A program made the position numbers and the translations under genes. A DNA stretch of 64,000 bases from an uncultured virus (IMG/VR IMGVR_UViG_3300042468_000189) (Duplodnaviria; Heunggongvirae; Uroviricota; Caudoviricetes): the IMG/VR virus record IMGVR_UViG_3300042468_000189. One strand, 5' to 3'. Positions 25,679 to 35,118 of this stretch are shown here, one piece after another (positions within the stretch are counted from its first letter, which is position 1; each line of letters starts with the position of its first letter). Under the pieces are notes generated by a model. That model ran no database searches, had not been told where the DNA came from, and was given only the letters and a program-made list of their open reading frames with translations.

Positions 25679-26288
25679 ATTTGGTGCGCGTAAGCGTTAT
25701 GAGGAAGGTGGAGAGGTTGAAGAAGGTGAACGTGCAAAAGAGTACGTAGCTTCTAAAGCTGAAACAGCACCTTCTACATTCCGTGAAGCTTTTGCTCAAG
25801 CTCGTAAGGCAGGGCAAGAGCGATTTACTTTTAATGGTAAGTCTTACACGACGGAAATGGCAGGATCTAAACCTGCTGCACCTAAACCCGCTGCATCTAA
25901 ACCAACAGCAAAAACCGAATCTGCGTCTTTAGAAGTTAGAGCTTCTAGACTACCTCGTAGCACTGATGATGACAGTTCAAGTGTTTTTGCTCCTCGCGCA
26001 AAAGAAGCAGTTGAAAAAGTAAAAGAGCGACTTACTAGTGGTCGTGAATTTAGTAGTAAACCTGCAGAATCTAAAACTTCCAGATCTGAAGAAGATTCAA
26101 GCGTTTTTGCTCCTGGTGCACGAGAGCTTATGGGCCGTCTAAAAACTAGACTTACTAGCGGACACGAGTTTGGCAAAAAGCACGGTGGAAAAGTCCATAA
26201 ATACGCCAAAGGTGGTTCAGTGGGTTCTGCTTCTAAACGTGCTGATGGCATTGCAATGCGCGGTAAAACCCGTGGGAAGATGGTTTAA
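25662..26288 (+). CDS. basic xxxGG-motif protein with internal 40-aa duplication
   Basis: Start ATG 25662; ends ASKRADGIAMRGKTRGKMV. Confidence 0.7.
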   Translation: MKKPIKFGARKRYEEGGEVEEGERAKEYVASKAETAPSTFREAFAQARKAGQERFTFNGKSYTTEMAGSKPAAPKPAASKPTAKTESASLEVRASRLPRSTDDDSSSVFAPRAKEAVEKVKERLTSGREFSSKPAESKTSRSEEDSSVFAPGARELMGRLKTRLTSGHEFGKKHGGKVHKYAKGGSVGSASKRADGIAMRGKTRGKMV

Positions 26289-26668
26289 TGCCCACGGTAA
26301 GTGACAAACAAGAAAGGTTCATGCAAGCTGTAGCGCATAACCCCAAGTTTGCAAAGAAAGTTGGTGTCCCTCAATCTGTAGGTAAAGAATTCACTGGTGC
26401 AAAGGAAGGTGGTGAAATGAAAGAATCCAAAGCAATGATGAAGAAAGAAATTGGCTTTATGAAAGCCAAAGGTGCGCCTAAATCCATGATCAAACATGAG
26501 ATGAAAGAGGCTGGTATGAAGAAGGGTGGTTCGGTTGCTCCTAGCAAAATGGGTGCAGTGAAGACCGCAGCTCCTAGTCGTGATGGTGTTGCTGTTAAGG
26601 GTAAAACCAAAGGCACCCAGATCAAGATGGCTAAGGGTGGTTACATGCGCGGCGGTAAGGCTTGCTGA
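26288..26668 (+). CDS. Lys/Met-rich xxxGG-motif protein
   Basis: AKEGG, MKKGG, MAKGG motifs. Confidence 0.7.
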   Translation: MPTVSDKQERFMQAVAHNPKFAKKVGVPQSVGKEFTGAKEGGEMKESKAMMKKEIGFMKAKGAPKSMIKHEMKEAGMKKGGSVAPSKMGAVKTAAPSRDGVAVKGKTKGTQIKMAKGGYMRGGKAC

Positions 26669-26669
26669 C

Positions 26670-26951
26670 ATGATGCCCTCTCGCGGGATGGGGGCGATTT
26701 CGCCCTCAAAAATGCCGACTGCCAAGCGTAAAGCTAGGCGGGATAACACTGATTTTGATCAGTACGCTGAAGGTGGCAAGGTATCTCGCGTGAACGAAGC
26801 TGGCAATTACACCAAACCGGGGATGCGTAAAGCATTGTTCAACAGCATCAAAGCTGGTGGCAAAGGTGGTGCACCGGGGCAGTGGTCAGCTCGTAAAGCT
26901 CAAATGCTTGCCATGAAGTACAAGCAGCGTGGTGGAGGTTACCGTGATTAG
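26670..26951 (+). CDS. basic xxxGG-motif protein
   Basis: Start ATG 26670; 'YAEGG..VNEAGNYTKPGMRK..GQWSARKAQ'. Confidence 0.7.
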   Translation: MMPSRGMGAISPSKMPTAKRKARRDNTDFDQYAEGGKVSRVNEAGNYTKPGMRKALFNSIKAGGKGGAPGQWSARKAQMLAMKYKQRGGGYRD

Positions 26952-27429
26952 GAAGGTTAGGAAATTTGAGCGTGGCGGCAAGGCTGATGGTAGCGAACAC
27001 ACACCTGACTACGAACCAATTGATTACACAAAAGAAGATCCTAATTTTGTAATTACAAAACAAGGACAAAAACTTGAGTACGGAGCGCCAGTTAATAAAG
27101 AAGGTAAGTTTAAATGGCCGGATACTCAAGCTTTTTTAGACGATAAATTAGACTACGAAGATTACAGCGCACAGAAACGTGCCTATGGGAAATGGCGTAA
27201 GGATTTTGAACGTCGGAACCCTGATGCTAAGTTTGATAAAGAGGGTAAACCGATACCTAAAGTTGGGTTAGCCCCTTATTTTAACGGCAAAGATAACAAA
27301 CGTTTTAGTGAACAAGTTCGTGAATACGATAAAGCAGTAAACAAAAAAAGTGGTGGAACAATTAAAACAGCTTCCAAACGTGCTGATGGTATAGCGCAGC
27401 GCGGTAAGACTCGTGGAAGGGTGGTGTAA
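26944..27429 (+). CDS. xxxGG-motif protein
   Basis: FERGG, KKSGG; ends ASKRADGIAQRGKTRGRVV; start uncertain. Confidence 0.65.
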   Translation: MIRKVRKFERGGKADGSEHTPDYEPIDYTKEDPNFVITKQGQKLEYGAPVNKEGKFKWPDTQAFLDDKLDYEDYSAQKRAYGKWRKDFERRNPDAKFDKEGKPIPKVGLAPYFNGKDNKRFSEQVREYDKAVNKKSGGTIKTASKRADGIAQRGKTRGRVV

Positions 27430-27430
27430 T

Positions 27431-27697
27431 ATGGCACGATTTCCAGATCTAAATAAAGATGGCGAAGTAACCCAAGCTGACATTCTTAAAGGTCGTGGGG
27501 TTTACAAAAAAGGTGGTATGGCTAAAGGTGGTAAGTGGATTCAGTCAGCCATTAAGAAGCCCGGAGCCTTACGCGCACAGCTTGGTGTCAAAGGCGACAA
27601 ACCGATTCCCGCAGGTAAGCTGGCTAAAGCTGCAAAAGCTCCCGGTAAATTAGGGCAGCGAGCAAGGTTGGCGCAGACGTTAAAGAAGATGAAGTGA
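27431..27697 (+). CDS. basic xxxGG-motif protein with DxxxDG loop
   Basis: 'FPDLNKDGEVTQADIL', 'WIQSAIKKPGALR'. Confidence 0.7.
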   Translation: MARFPDLNKDGEVTQADILKGRGVYKKGGMAKGGKWIQSAIKKPGALRAQLGVKGDKPIPAGKLAKAAKAPGKLGQRARLAQTLKKMK

Positions 27698-27939
27698 AAG
27701 CCCCGCAGCAAAGTCTAAAAAATTGGACTGACCAGAAGTGGAGGACACGCAGTGGCAAACCTAGCACACAGGGTTCAAAAGCAACTGGCGAACGATACCT
27801 CCCGGAGGCGGCAATTAAATCTCTTACACCTGCTGAATACGCTGCGACTACAAGAGCTAAACGGGCTGGAAAGAGCGCAGGTAAGCAGTTCGTCAAACAA
27901 CCGGCAAAAATTGCCGCAAAGACTGCAAGATTCAGATGA
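27694..27939 (+). CDS. basic hypothetical protein
   Basis: 'QQSLKNWTDQKWRT..GERYLP..QFVKQP'. Confidence 0.7.
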   Translation: MKAPQQSLKNWTDQKWRTRSGKPSTQGSKATGERYLPEAAIKSLTPAEYAATTRAKRAGKSAGKQFVKQPAKIAAKTARFR

Positions 27940-28094
27940 AAGATTACGAGGATTGGCAGGTGCAGAAAGAAATACTAAAGGAGTACCTGCAAGTCATGGT
28001 GGCTCTTGAAGATTGGCACGGTGTAGCTGACGTAGCGATGGACCTAAGAGAATTGGAAGCAAGACATGACCACGAGCGGCTCAACCGACTTTAA
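27936..28094 (+). CDS. small hypothetical protein (52 aa)
   Basis: Manual translation MKDYEDWQVQKEILKEYLQVMVALEDWHGVADVAMDLRELE...; ATGA-coupled. Confidence 0.55.
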   Translation: MKDYEDWQVQKEILKEYLQVMVALEDWHGVADVAMDLRELEARHDHERLNRL

Positions 28095-28830
28095 TCTTGA
28101 GTTTACTGACATAGCCGAAGAAGCCTATGAGAGGGCTGGTCGGGAGATGCGCTCTGGTTACGACCTGCGTACTGCACGTCGTTCGATGAATCTACTAACC
28201 ATTGAGTGGGCAAATCGTGGCATCAATATGTGGACGATTGAGCAGGGCACGAAGAATTTGGTACAGGGCACTGCGACGTACGATTTACCGAACGACACCA
28301 TTGACTTGCTTGAACACGTTATAAGGACGGGTGCAGGTAATGCCTCAACGCAAGCTGACCTTACACTTACAAGGATTAGTGTCTCCACCTACGCCACAAT
28401 CCCAAACAAGCTGGCTCAAGCAAGACCGATACAGATTTACATCAGCAGGAACTCTGGAGCCACGTACCCTGCAACAAGTGCATACGACCCCGGACAAACC
28501 GCCTACCCACAATTCACAGTTTGGCCTGTCCCTGACCAAGGCACTGAAGCCTCGCCGTACTATCAAGTAGTTTATTGGCGGATGCGTCGCATACAAAATG
28601 CTGGGGATGGTATTCAAACTCCTGATATGCCGTTTAGGTTTCTCCCCTGTATCACCGCAGGATTAGCTTATTACATAGCTCAAAAGATTCCTGAAGGACA
28701 AGAACGATTATTAGCTCTTAAAGCTGCTTATGAAGAGCAGTGGAATTTTGCAGCGGGTGAAGATCGTGAGAAAGCTGCGGTTCGTTTTGTACCGCGCCGG
28801 ATGTATTTAGGTAATACTGGGAGCTTCTAA
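28066..28830 (+). CDS. putative head-tail adaptor/connector protein
   Basis: 254 aa; 'IAEEAYERAG..TARRSMNLL..EWANRG' and 'LAYYIA.K' patterns. Confidence 0.6.
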   Translation: MTTSGSTDFNLEFTDIAEEAYERAGREMRSGYDLRTARRSMNLLTIEWANRGINMWTIEQGTKNLVQGTATYDLPNDTIDLLEHVIRTGAGNASTQADLTLTRISVSTYATIPNKLAQARPIQIYISRNSGATYPATSAYDPGQTAYPQFTVWPVPDQGTEASPYYQVVYWRMRRIQNAGDGIQTPDMPFRFLPCITAGLAYYIAQKIPEGQERLLALKAAYEEQWNFAAGEDREKAAVRFVPRRMYLGNTGSF

Positions 28831-29258
28831 TGCCCAATCAGTTTGCCTCTGGTAAATACGCTATCGCGCAGTGCGATAGGTGTAACTTCAGATACAAATT
28901 GAAGCAGCTAAAGTCGCTTGTTATTAAGACTAAGAACGTCAATATTCTTGTCTGCCCTGAGTGTTGGGAACCTGATCAGCCGCAATTGCAACTTGGTATG
29001 TATCCTGTGTATGACCCACAGGCTATTCGTAATCCTCGTGTTGACTCTAACTCTTATTATCAATCGGGGCTAAATGGTTTACAGATTGAACCTGTAAATG
29101 ACGACTCAAGCCAAGATGAAAATGGGGTTCCCTCTGGGGGCAGTCGGGTTATACAATGGGGGTGGTATCCAATTGGTGGTTCCAGATCTTTTGATGCTGC
29201 TTTGACCCCCAACGATCTTGTCCCTAGAGGACTTGTTAATTCAGTCACCGTATCGTAG
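28830..29258 (+). CDS. zinc-binding hypothetical virion-module protein
   Basis: CDRC...CPEC. Confidence 0.7.
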   Translation: MPNQFASGKYAIAQCDRCNFRYKLKQLKSLVIKTKNVNILVCPECWEPDQPQLQLGMYPVYDPQAIRNPRVDSNSYYQSGLNGLQIEPVNDDSSQDENGVPSGGSRVIQWGWYPIGGSRSFDAALTPNDLVPRGLVNSVTVS

Positions 29259-29264
29259 GAGTTT

Positions 29265-29459
29265 ATGATGGATAAGAAAGACTTAGCGCAGGACAAAAAG
29301 ATGATTGCTGGTGCAGTGCACAAGCACGAAAAAGCCAAGCACAAAGGTCAGCCTCTGACCAAACTTGCCAAGGGTGGCAAGACCAACGCAAACATGCTAA
29401 AGATGGGGCGCAACCTCGCCAAGATTGCTAATCAAAAGAACGCTGTACGGGGGCGGTAA
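29265..29459 (+). CDS. small basic xxxGG-motif protein
   Basis: LAKGG; AGGAG RBS. Confidence 0.65.
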   Translation: MMDKKDLAQDKKMIAGAVHKHEKAKHKGQPLTKLAKGGKTNANMLKMGRNLAKIANQKNAVRGR

Positions 29460-29602
29460 TGAAACAAGTTAAACCTTTTAATCAGCCTAAACCCGCGCCG
29501 ACTCCAAAGTCTACGGATGCAAAACCCAAGACTTCTGGTATTAAGATTCGCGGTACTGGGGCGGCAACTAAGGGTGTAATGGCTAGAGGTCCGATGGCGT
29601 GA
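29459..29602 (+). CDS. small basic protein (47 aa)
   Basis: Manual translation MKQVKPFNQPKP...KIRGTGAATKGVMARGPMA. Confidence 0.6.
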   Translation: MKQVKPFNQPKPAPTPKSTDAKPKTSGIKIRGTGAATKGVMARGPMA

Positions 29603-30306
29603 ACTATACGGATTTAAAAAAGGCGATCCGAGGGTATGTCGAAAATGACTACCCGACGATTACTTTTGCTGATTCTGCAACAACGTGGACATCAGATCAA
29701 CAGCTTGCGACTTTTGTTAAACAGGCTGAACAGCGCATTTATAACTCCGTTCAATTTCCTTCCTTACGAAAAAACGTAACAGGGACCGCCACTTTAAATA
29801 ATCAATACCTCCAATGCCCCTCTGATTTTTTAGCGGTCTATAGTATGGCTGTTATTGATGCCACGGGGCGCTACCATTACTTACTAAACAAAGACGTTAA
29901 TTTTATTCGTGAAGCGTATCCCGTTACTTTAGGTTCTGGTAATACCGGTCGCCCACGTCATTACGCTATTTTTGGCCCCGACTATCCTACGTTTCCTAAC
30001 GAGCTAACTTTTTTATTAGGTCCAACACCTGATTCCGGGTATTCTGTCGAGCTTCATTATTACTATTACCCACAGTCAATTACCGAAGCTGCTTCAGGCC
30101 AAACTTGGTTGGGCGATAACTTTGATTCTGTTTTGCTTTATGGTTCGTTACGGGAAGCGTACTTCTTTATTAAAGCTGAACCAGACATGATGGCAGCAGT
30201 GCAAAATAAATATGAAGAAGCCTTAGCTCTTGCTAAACGCCTTGGTGATGGTATGGAACGTCAGGACGCTTATCGTTCTGGTCAAGTACGGTATCCGGTG
30301 AAGTAG
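29599..30306 (+). CDS. putative adaptor/tail protein
   Basis: 235 aa; 'FVKQAEQRI', 'LGPTPDSGYSVELHYYYYP', 'LLYGSL.EA'. Confidence 0.65.
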   Translation: MNYTDLKKAIRGYVENDYPTITFADSATTWTSDQQLATFVKQAEQRIYNSVQFPSLRKNVTGTATLNNQYLQCPSDFLAVYSMAVIDATGRYHYLLNKDVNFIREAYPVTLGSGNTGRPRHYAIFGPDYPTFPNELTFLLGPTPDSGYSVELHYYYYPQSITEAASGQTWLGDNFDSVLLYGSLREAYFFIKAEPDMMAAVQNKYEEALALAKRLGDGMERQDAYRSGQVRYPVK

Positions 30307-30307
30307 T

Positions 30308-30742
30308 ATGGCAATTGTTCAAACCATGTGCACAAGTTTTAAGGCAGAAGTTGCCCAAGGACTGCACAACTTTACAAGGACGACAGGCAATGTTTTCAAG
30401 CTCGCTTTGTACGTCGCAACTGCCAACCTCGGAGCAGATACCACCGTTTACACATCCACTGGGGAAGTACCGACGAGTGGAACCAATTACACCGCTGGGG
30501 GGATTGCACTTACAAACATCACGCCCCTTTCATCAAGTAATACAGGATATTGGTCGTTTGACGACGCAACTTTTACCAACGTAACTCTTTCCTGCGCGGG
30601 CGCACTGATTTACAATTCCACCAACGGAAATCGTGCAGTATGTGTACTTAATTTTGGTCAAACTATCACGAAAAGTGCGTCAAATTTAATCATTACTTTT
30701 CCGCCAATGGGCGCAACTGATTCTGTTTTAAGGATTGCATGA
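30308..30742 (+). CDS. putative tail structural protein
   Basis: 'MAI.QTMCTSFK..FKLALY..GALIYN' pattern. Confidence 0.65.
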   Translation: MAIVQTMCTSFKAEVAQGLHNFTRTTGNVFKLALYVATANLGADTTVYTSTGEVPTSGTNYTAGGIALTNITPLSSSNTGYWSFDDATFTNVTLSCAGALIYNSTNGNRAVCVLNFGQTITKSASNLIITFPPMGATDSVLRIA

Positions 30743-31317
30743 TGGAAAAAGCACGAACAAACGACCAATTTTCAAGCGGTTTAACCGCCAGGACAGGTTC
30801 AGGCGAGAAAGCTTTGGCGTGTGGCAGATATTACGCAGAGTGCCGAGACAAAGATGGCAACCTGAAATGGACCGCTGAGGGTGATAACTTGGTGGTTAAT
30901 GCGGGTCTACAGTATATGGCTGGCACTGCCTTGGTTAGTACAGCGCAGATCACAACGTGGTATGTTGGTCTTTATGGCGCAGCGGCAAGTAATACACCGG
31001 CAGCATCAGATACGATGGCTTCTCATGCAGGCTGGACAGAGATTGATTGCTATAGCGATGCAACAAGACCGGCTGCGACATTTGCGGCGGCAACCAATGC
31101 GAATCCTTCGGTAGTAACAAACACCTCCAATAAAGCCGTGTTTAATATTGACGCAACGGCAACGGTTGGCGGGGCGTTTCTTACAAGTAATAACACCATC
31201 CTTGGAACGACAGGCACGTTATTCTCGGCAGCAGACTTTCAATCGCCGGGGGATCGGTCGGTGGTATCGGGTGATGTGATTAGCTGCACTTATGAGTTCC
31301 GTTTAACAGCAACATGA
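30739..31317 (+). CDS. putative tail structural protein
   Basis: 192 aa in tail module. Confidence 0.65.
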   Translation: MMEKARTNDQFSSGLTARTGSGEKALACGRYYAECRDKDGNLKWTAEGDNLVVNAGLQYMAGTALVSTAQITTWYVGLYGAAASNTPAASDTMASHAGWTEIDCYSDATRPAATFAAATNANPSVVTNTSNKAVFNIDATATVGGAFLTSNNTILGTTGTLFSAADFQSPGDRSVVSGDVISCTYEFRLTAT

Positions 31318-31790
31318 GCGAAGGAGGCTGGGGATCAGGTGCGTGGGGATTCGGTCCTTGGGGGCGATCAGCTTATGAGCGATCTGTTCTTGAAGCCGCA
31401 TCAGGCAACGATACCGTTGCTGTTCCCGGCGTTGAGTATCCGGCATCTATCATTGAAGCTGCTTCGGGCAATGACCTCATGGCAGGCAACCCGTACTTCG
31501 CCGCCAATATTCTTGAAACAGCCAGTGGTGCAGATACAATTGCAGGGGCTGCTAATTTTGGTGGAACAATTATTGAAACATCTGCTGGTGCAGACAGTAT
31601 TTCAGGTTCAGCAAGCTTTATTAGTTCTGTGCTTGAGAATGCGGCTGGTAATGACCTTGTTTCAATCAACGTGGAAATGCAGCTATCTGTACTTGAAAAC
31701 GCATCTGGTGCTGATAGCATCTCTGCTGTATTGTTCTGGGAGCAGATCAATACTTCTCAAACCGCTAATTGGACTGAGATAACGACATGA
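31314..31790 (+). CDS. virion protein with six ~19-aa '(S/T)xxExxxGxD' repeats
   Basis: SVLEAASGND, SIIEAASGND, NILETASGAD, TIIETSAGAD, SVLENAAGND, SVLENASGAD; N-terminal GWG motifs. Confidence 0.7.
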   Translation: MSEGGWGSGAWGFGPWGRSAYERSVLEAASGNDTVAVPGVEYPASIIEAASGNDLMAGNPYFAANILETASGADTIAGAANFGGTIIETSAGADSISGSASFISSVLENAAGNDLVSINVEMQLSVLENASGADSISAVLFWEQINTSQTANWTEITT

Positions 31791-34210
31791 CAGTCAATTA
31801 CACATCCCTTTTGGCCCTCGGTCAGCCTGTCACGGGCACCGAGCCTGGAGTATGGGGCGACGATGTCAACAACGCCGTTACCTCATACCTTGATATTGCA
31901 ATTGCGGGTACACAGACATTAAGCACTGACGGTGATGTCACGCTGACCCTGACGCAAGGTACAAGTTTAGCAACGAATATTGGGTCTACATCAGCCCAGT
32001 ACATGATCCTGAACTGTACCGGTTCCAGATCGCAACTACGCTACATAAACGTACCCAATAGCAGTAAAGCCTACATTGTGATGAACAACACCTCTGGTGG
32101 GTTCAATGTCACGATCCGGGGAAGCACTGGGCCTACGACAGGTATTTCAGTTGCTCCGGGTAAACAGACTTGGGTAGCCTGGGATACAAATGCTGGTGAT
32201 TTCAAAGAGATTGCTTCGGGTGATGTAGACGGACCTGCGTCTTCTACTGATAACGCAATTGCAAGATTTGACGGTCTGACGGGTAAAGTTATTCAGAACT
32301 CGGCAGCATTTGTCGCTGATACGACAGGTGACATCACAGCCGGTGCTTACAACAAAGTCACGATCACTGCTCCGGCATCTAGCGCAACACTGACCATTGC
32401 TGATGGCAAGACATTAACGGCTAGTAATAGCCTGACGCTAGCTGGTACTGATAGCACCACGATGACCTTTCCGGGGACTAGTGCAACGATTGCACGGACG
32501 GATGCGGCTCAGACATTTACGGGCATACAGACCTTTAGTTCGGCACCGATTTTATCTTCGGCCACGGCAAGTAAAGCAGTCTTTACGGATGGATCTAAGG
32601 CACTTACCTCTACAGGTACGCTAACCACGGATCAGGGTGGTACAGGTCAGTCTAGTTACACCGCTGGTGATTTAATTTACTACGCCACGGGTACAGCGTT
32701 TACCAAGCTTGCGCTTGGTGCAAGTACGACCATCCTTACGTCTTCAGGAACAGCGCCACAGTGGAGTGCTGCATCAGGTGTGACGGTTGGGACGGCTACG
32801 AATCTTGCAGGTGGTGCAGCCGGGTCGGTGCCTTATCAGACGGGTTCAGGGGCTACGAGCTTCTTATCCATTGGTACGTCTAACTATGTCCTGACCTCTA
32901 CAGGATCTGCGCCAACTTGGACCGCTAATACGGGTACGGGGAGCGTGGTTCGGGCTACATCACCGACACTAACAACCCCTGTGCTTGGTGCAGCTACAGC
33001 AACGAGTATTAACGGCTTAACGGTTTCAACGACCACGGGTACGTTAACGCTGGCTAATGGTTCAACCCTAGCCACATCCGGTGCTAACAGCATCACGTTA
33101 ACGTCAACAGGCGCAACGAACGTCACGCTCCCCACATCGGGAACACTTGCAACAACCGCAGGTACGGTAGGTACGATTTCGTTTGGAACCACGGGGCTAA
33201 CACCAAGCACGGCAACATCAGGTGCGGTAACGGTTGCAGGTACGTTGAGTCCTGCTAATGGTGGTACTGGGGTTGCGAACAACGCGCTGAATACGCTTAC
33301 CTTCACGGGTAACTACAGTCTTGGGCTGACCTTAAACGGCAATACCTCAGTCACGCTACCCACGACAGGAACGTTGGCGACGCTGGCAGGTGCAGAAACC
33401 CTGACCAATAAGACAATTAACGGTGCTAATAACACCATCAGTAACATCAACCTAGCGTCCCAAGTCACGGGAACGCTTCCAATTGGTAACGGTGGTACGG
33501 GTAACACGGCAACGCCCACGAACGGTCAACTGCTGATTGGTAACGGATCGGGTTTCTCAATTGCCACACTGACCGCAGGTTCGGGGATCACGGTTACCAA
33601 TAGTTCGGGTGGCATTACGATTGCTGCTTCGGGCGGTGGTGGTTCGGGCACGGTTACTTCGGTTGCACAGTCTTTTACGGGTGGTTTGATTTCCGTATCA
33701 GGCTCACCGATCACCACATCAGGAACGCTTGCATTAACGGTTGCTGGTACATCGGGCGGTATTCCTTACTTCTCTAGTGCGTCAACTTGGGCAAGTTCTT
33801 CTGCTTTAGCGGCTAATGCGATTGTGATTGGTGGTGGCGCAGGTGCAGCGCCGAGTACAACGACAACAGCGGCAGGGATTCTGACGTTCTTGGGTACGCC
33901 ATCGTCGGCTAACCTTGCAGCGGCTGTAACGGATGAAACGGGTTCAGGGGCATTGGTCTTTGCAACAAGCCCAACTCTGACAACGCCAACACTTGGCGTG
34001 GCTTCTGCAACAAGCATTAACAAGGTAGCGATCACGGCACCAGCTACAAGCGCCACGTTGACCTTGGCTAACGGTTCTACGCTGGCAACATCAGGTGCAA
34101 ACAGCATTACCCTAACATCCACGGCATCTACGAACGTGACGTTGCCAACGTCAGGAACCCTTTCTACAACTGGATTTGCTATTGCTATGGCATTAGTCTT
34201 CGGAGGTTAA
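31787..34210 (+). CDS. tail fibre-like protein
   Basis: 807 aa Thr/Ser/Gly-rich with GGTG repeats and internal duplications. Confidence 0.75.
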   Translation: MTVNYTSLLALGQPVTGTEPGVWGDDVNNAVTSYLDIAIAGTQTLSTDGDVTLTLTQGTSLATNIGSTSAQYMILNCTGSRSQLRYINVPNSSKAYIVMNNTSGGFNVTIRGSTGPTTGISVAPGKQTWVAWDTNAGDFKEIASGDVDGPASSTDNAIARFDGLTGKVIQNSAAFVADTTGDITAGAYNKVTITAPASSATLTIADGKTLTASNSLTLAGTDSTTMTFPGTSATIARTDAAQTFTGIQTFSSAPILSSATASKAVFTDGSKALTSTGTLTTDQGGTGQSSYTAGDLIYYATGTAFTKLALGASTTILTSSGTAPQWSAASGVTVGTATNLAGGAAGSVPYQTGSGATSFLSIGTSNYVLTSTGSAPTWTANTGTGSVVRATSPTLTTPVLGAATATSINGLTVSTTTGTLTLANGSTLATSGANSITLTSTGATNVTLPTSGTLATTAGTVGTISFGTTGLTPSTATSGAVTVAGTLSPANGGTGVANNALNTLTFTGNYSLGLTLNGNTSVTLPTTGTLATLAGAETLTNKTINGANNTISNINLASQVTGTLPIGNGGTGNTATPTNGQLLIGNGSGFSIATLTAGSGITVTNSSGGITIAASGGGGSGTVTSVAQSFTGGLISVSGSPITTSGTLALTVAGTSGGIPYFSSASTWASSSALAANAIVIGGGAGAAPSTTTTAAGILTFLGTPSSANLAAAVTDETGSGALVFATSPTLTTPTLGVASATSINKVAITAPATSATLTLANGSTLATSGANSITLTSTASTNVTLPTSGTLSTTGFAIAMALVFGG

Positions 34211-34211
34211 G

Positions 34212-34715
34212 TTGATAGACCAAGAGACGCTAAAAGCAAGGTTTGATTACAGACCAGACGGGTGTTTGGTTTTGATCAACGATCCTGAAACGGATATATG
34301 GAAGCGGCGTCCAGTTGGCTTTACGTCAAGCAGCAAAGATCGCCCGGATAAGATATACAGGGCTACTAAAATTAAGGGCAGGCAGTATGCTATTCACAAG
34401 CTAATTTGGCTCTGGCACTATGGAGAATACCCAGATCAAATTGATCACATTAACAGAGATGGTGTGGATAACAGGATTGAGAATCTTCGTCTTGCTACAG
34501 CATCTCAAAACATGATGAATAGAAAAAAGTTTAAGAATAACCGTTCTGGGGTTACTGGTGTTTCATGGCATAAGAAATCAGAACGTTGGTTTGTTTACAT
34601 AGATGCCAATAAAAAGCGTAAAAATATTGGGTATTTTGATGATTTTGAATTGGCTGAGTTAGTTGCTATTGAAGCCCGTGACCTGTATCACGGAAAATTT
34701 GCCAGATTGGCATAG
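34212..34715 (+). CDS. HNH (HNH_3) endonuclease with AP2-like C-terminal domain
   Basis: IDHINRDGVDNRIENLR; NRSGVTGVSW..W...I. Confidence 0.88.
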   Translation: MIDQETLKARFDYRPDGCLVLINDPETDIWKRRPVGFTSSSKDRPDKIYRATKIKGRQYAIHKLIWLWHYGEYPDQIDHINRDGVDNRIENLRLATASQNMMNRKKFKNNRSGVTGVSWHKKSERWFVYIDANKKRKNIGYFDDFELAELVAIEARDLYHGKFARLA

Positions 34716-34724
34716 GAGAAATAA

Positions 34725-35108
34725 ATGGGTGCGCCGAATATAGTTTCTGTAACGAGTATCGTGCCACACACGGTATCTATCACCCCTGCTGATACCTCAC
34801 GAAATGCTCTAGTGACGGCACCATCCACAGGGGCAACGCATAAGATCAACTCGATCTTAATAGCGAATATTGATGGAACAGCGTCGTATTACGCCACAGT
34901 AGAATTAAGGCTGGCAGATGGCACAACGTATCGATATTTATCCTATTTGGTATCTGTTCCAGCGGGTGGCACGGTGGAGTTGATGACCACAGGGACATCG
35001 ATTTATCTGCTGGATACAAGCGTGTCGGGTGAAGCTTCAACGTTGTGGGCAACGAGTTCCACGGCATCTAAACTGACTTATACCTGCTCTTACACGACGA
35101 TATCTTAA
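34725..35108 (+). CDS. hypothetical tail-module protein
   Basis: 127 aa, 'APNIV.V..I' start, AGGAG RBS. Confidence 0.7.
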   Translation: MGAPNIVSVTSIVPHTVSITPADTSRNALVTAPSTGATHKINSILIANIDGTASYYATVELRLADGTTYRYLSYLVSVPAGGTVELMTTGTSIYLLDTSVSGEASTLWATSSTASKLTYTCSYTTIS

Positions 35109-35118
35109 GGTGTAGACC

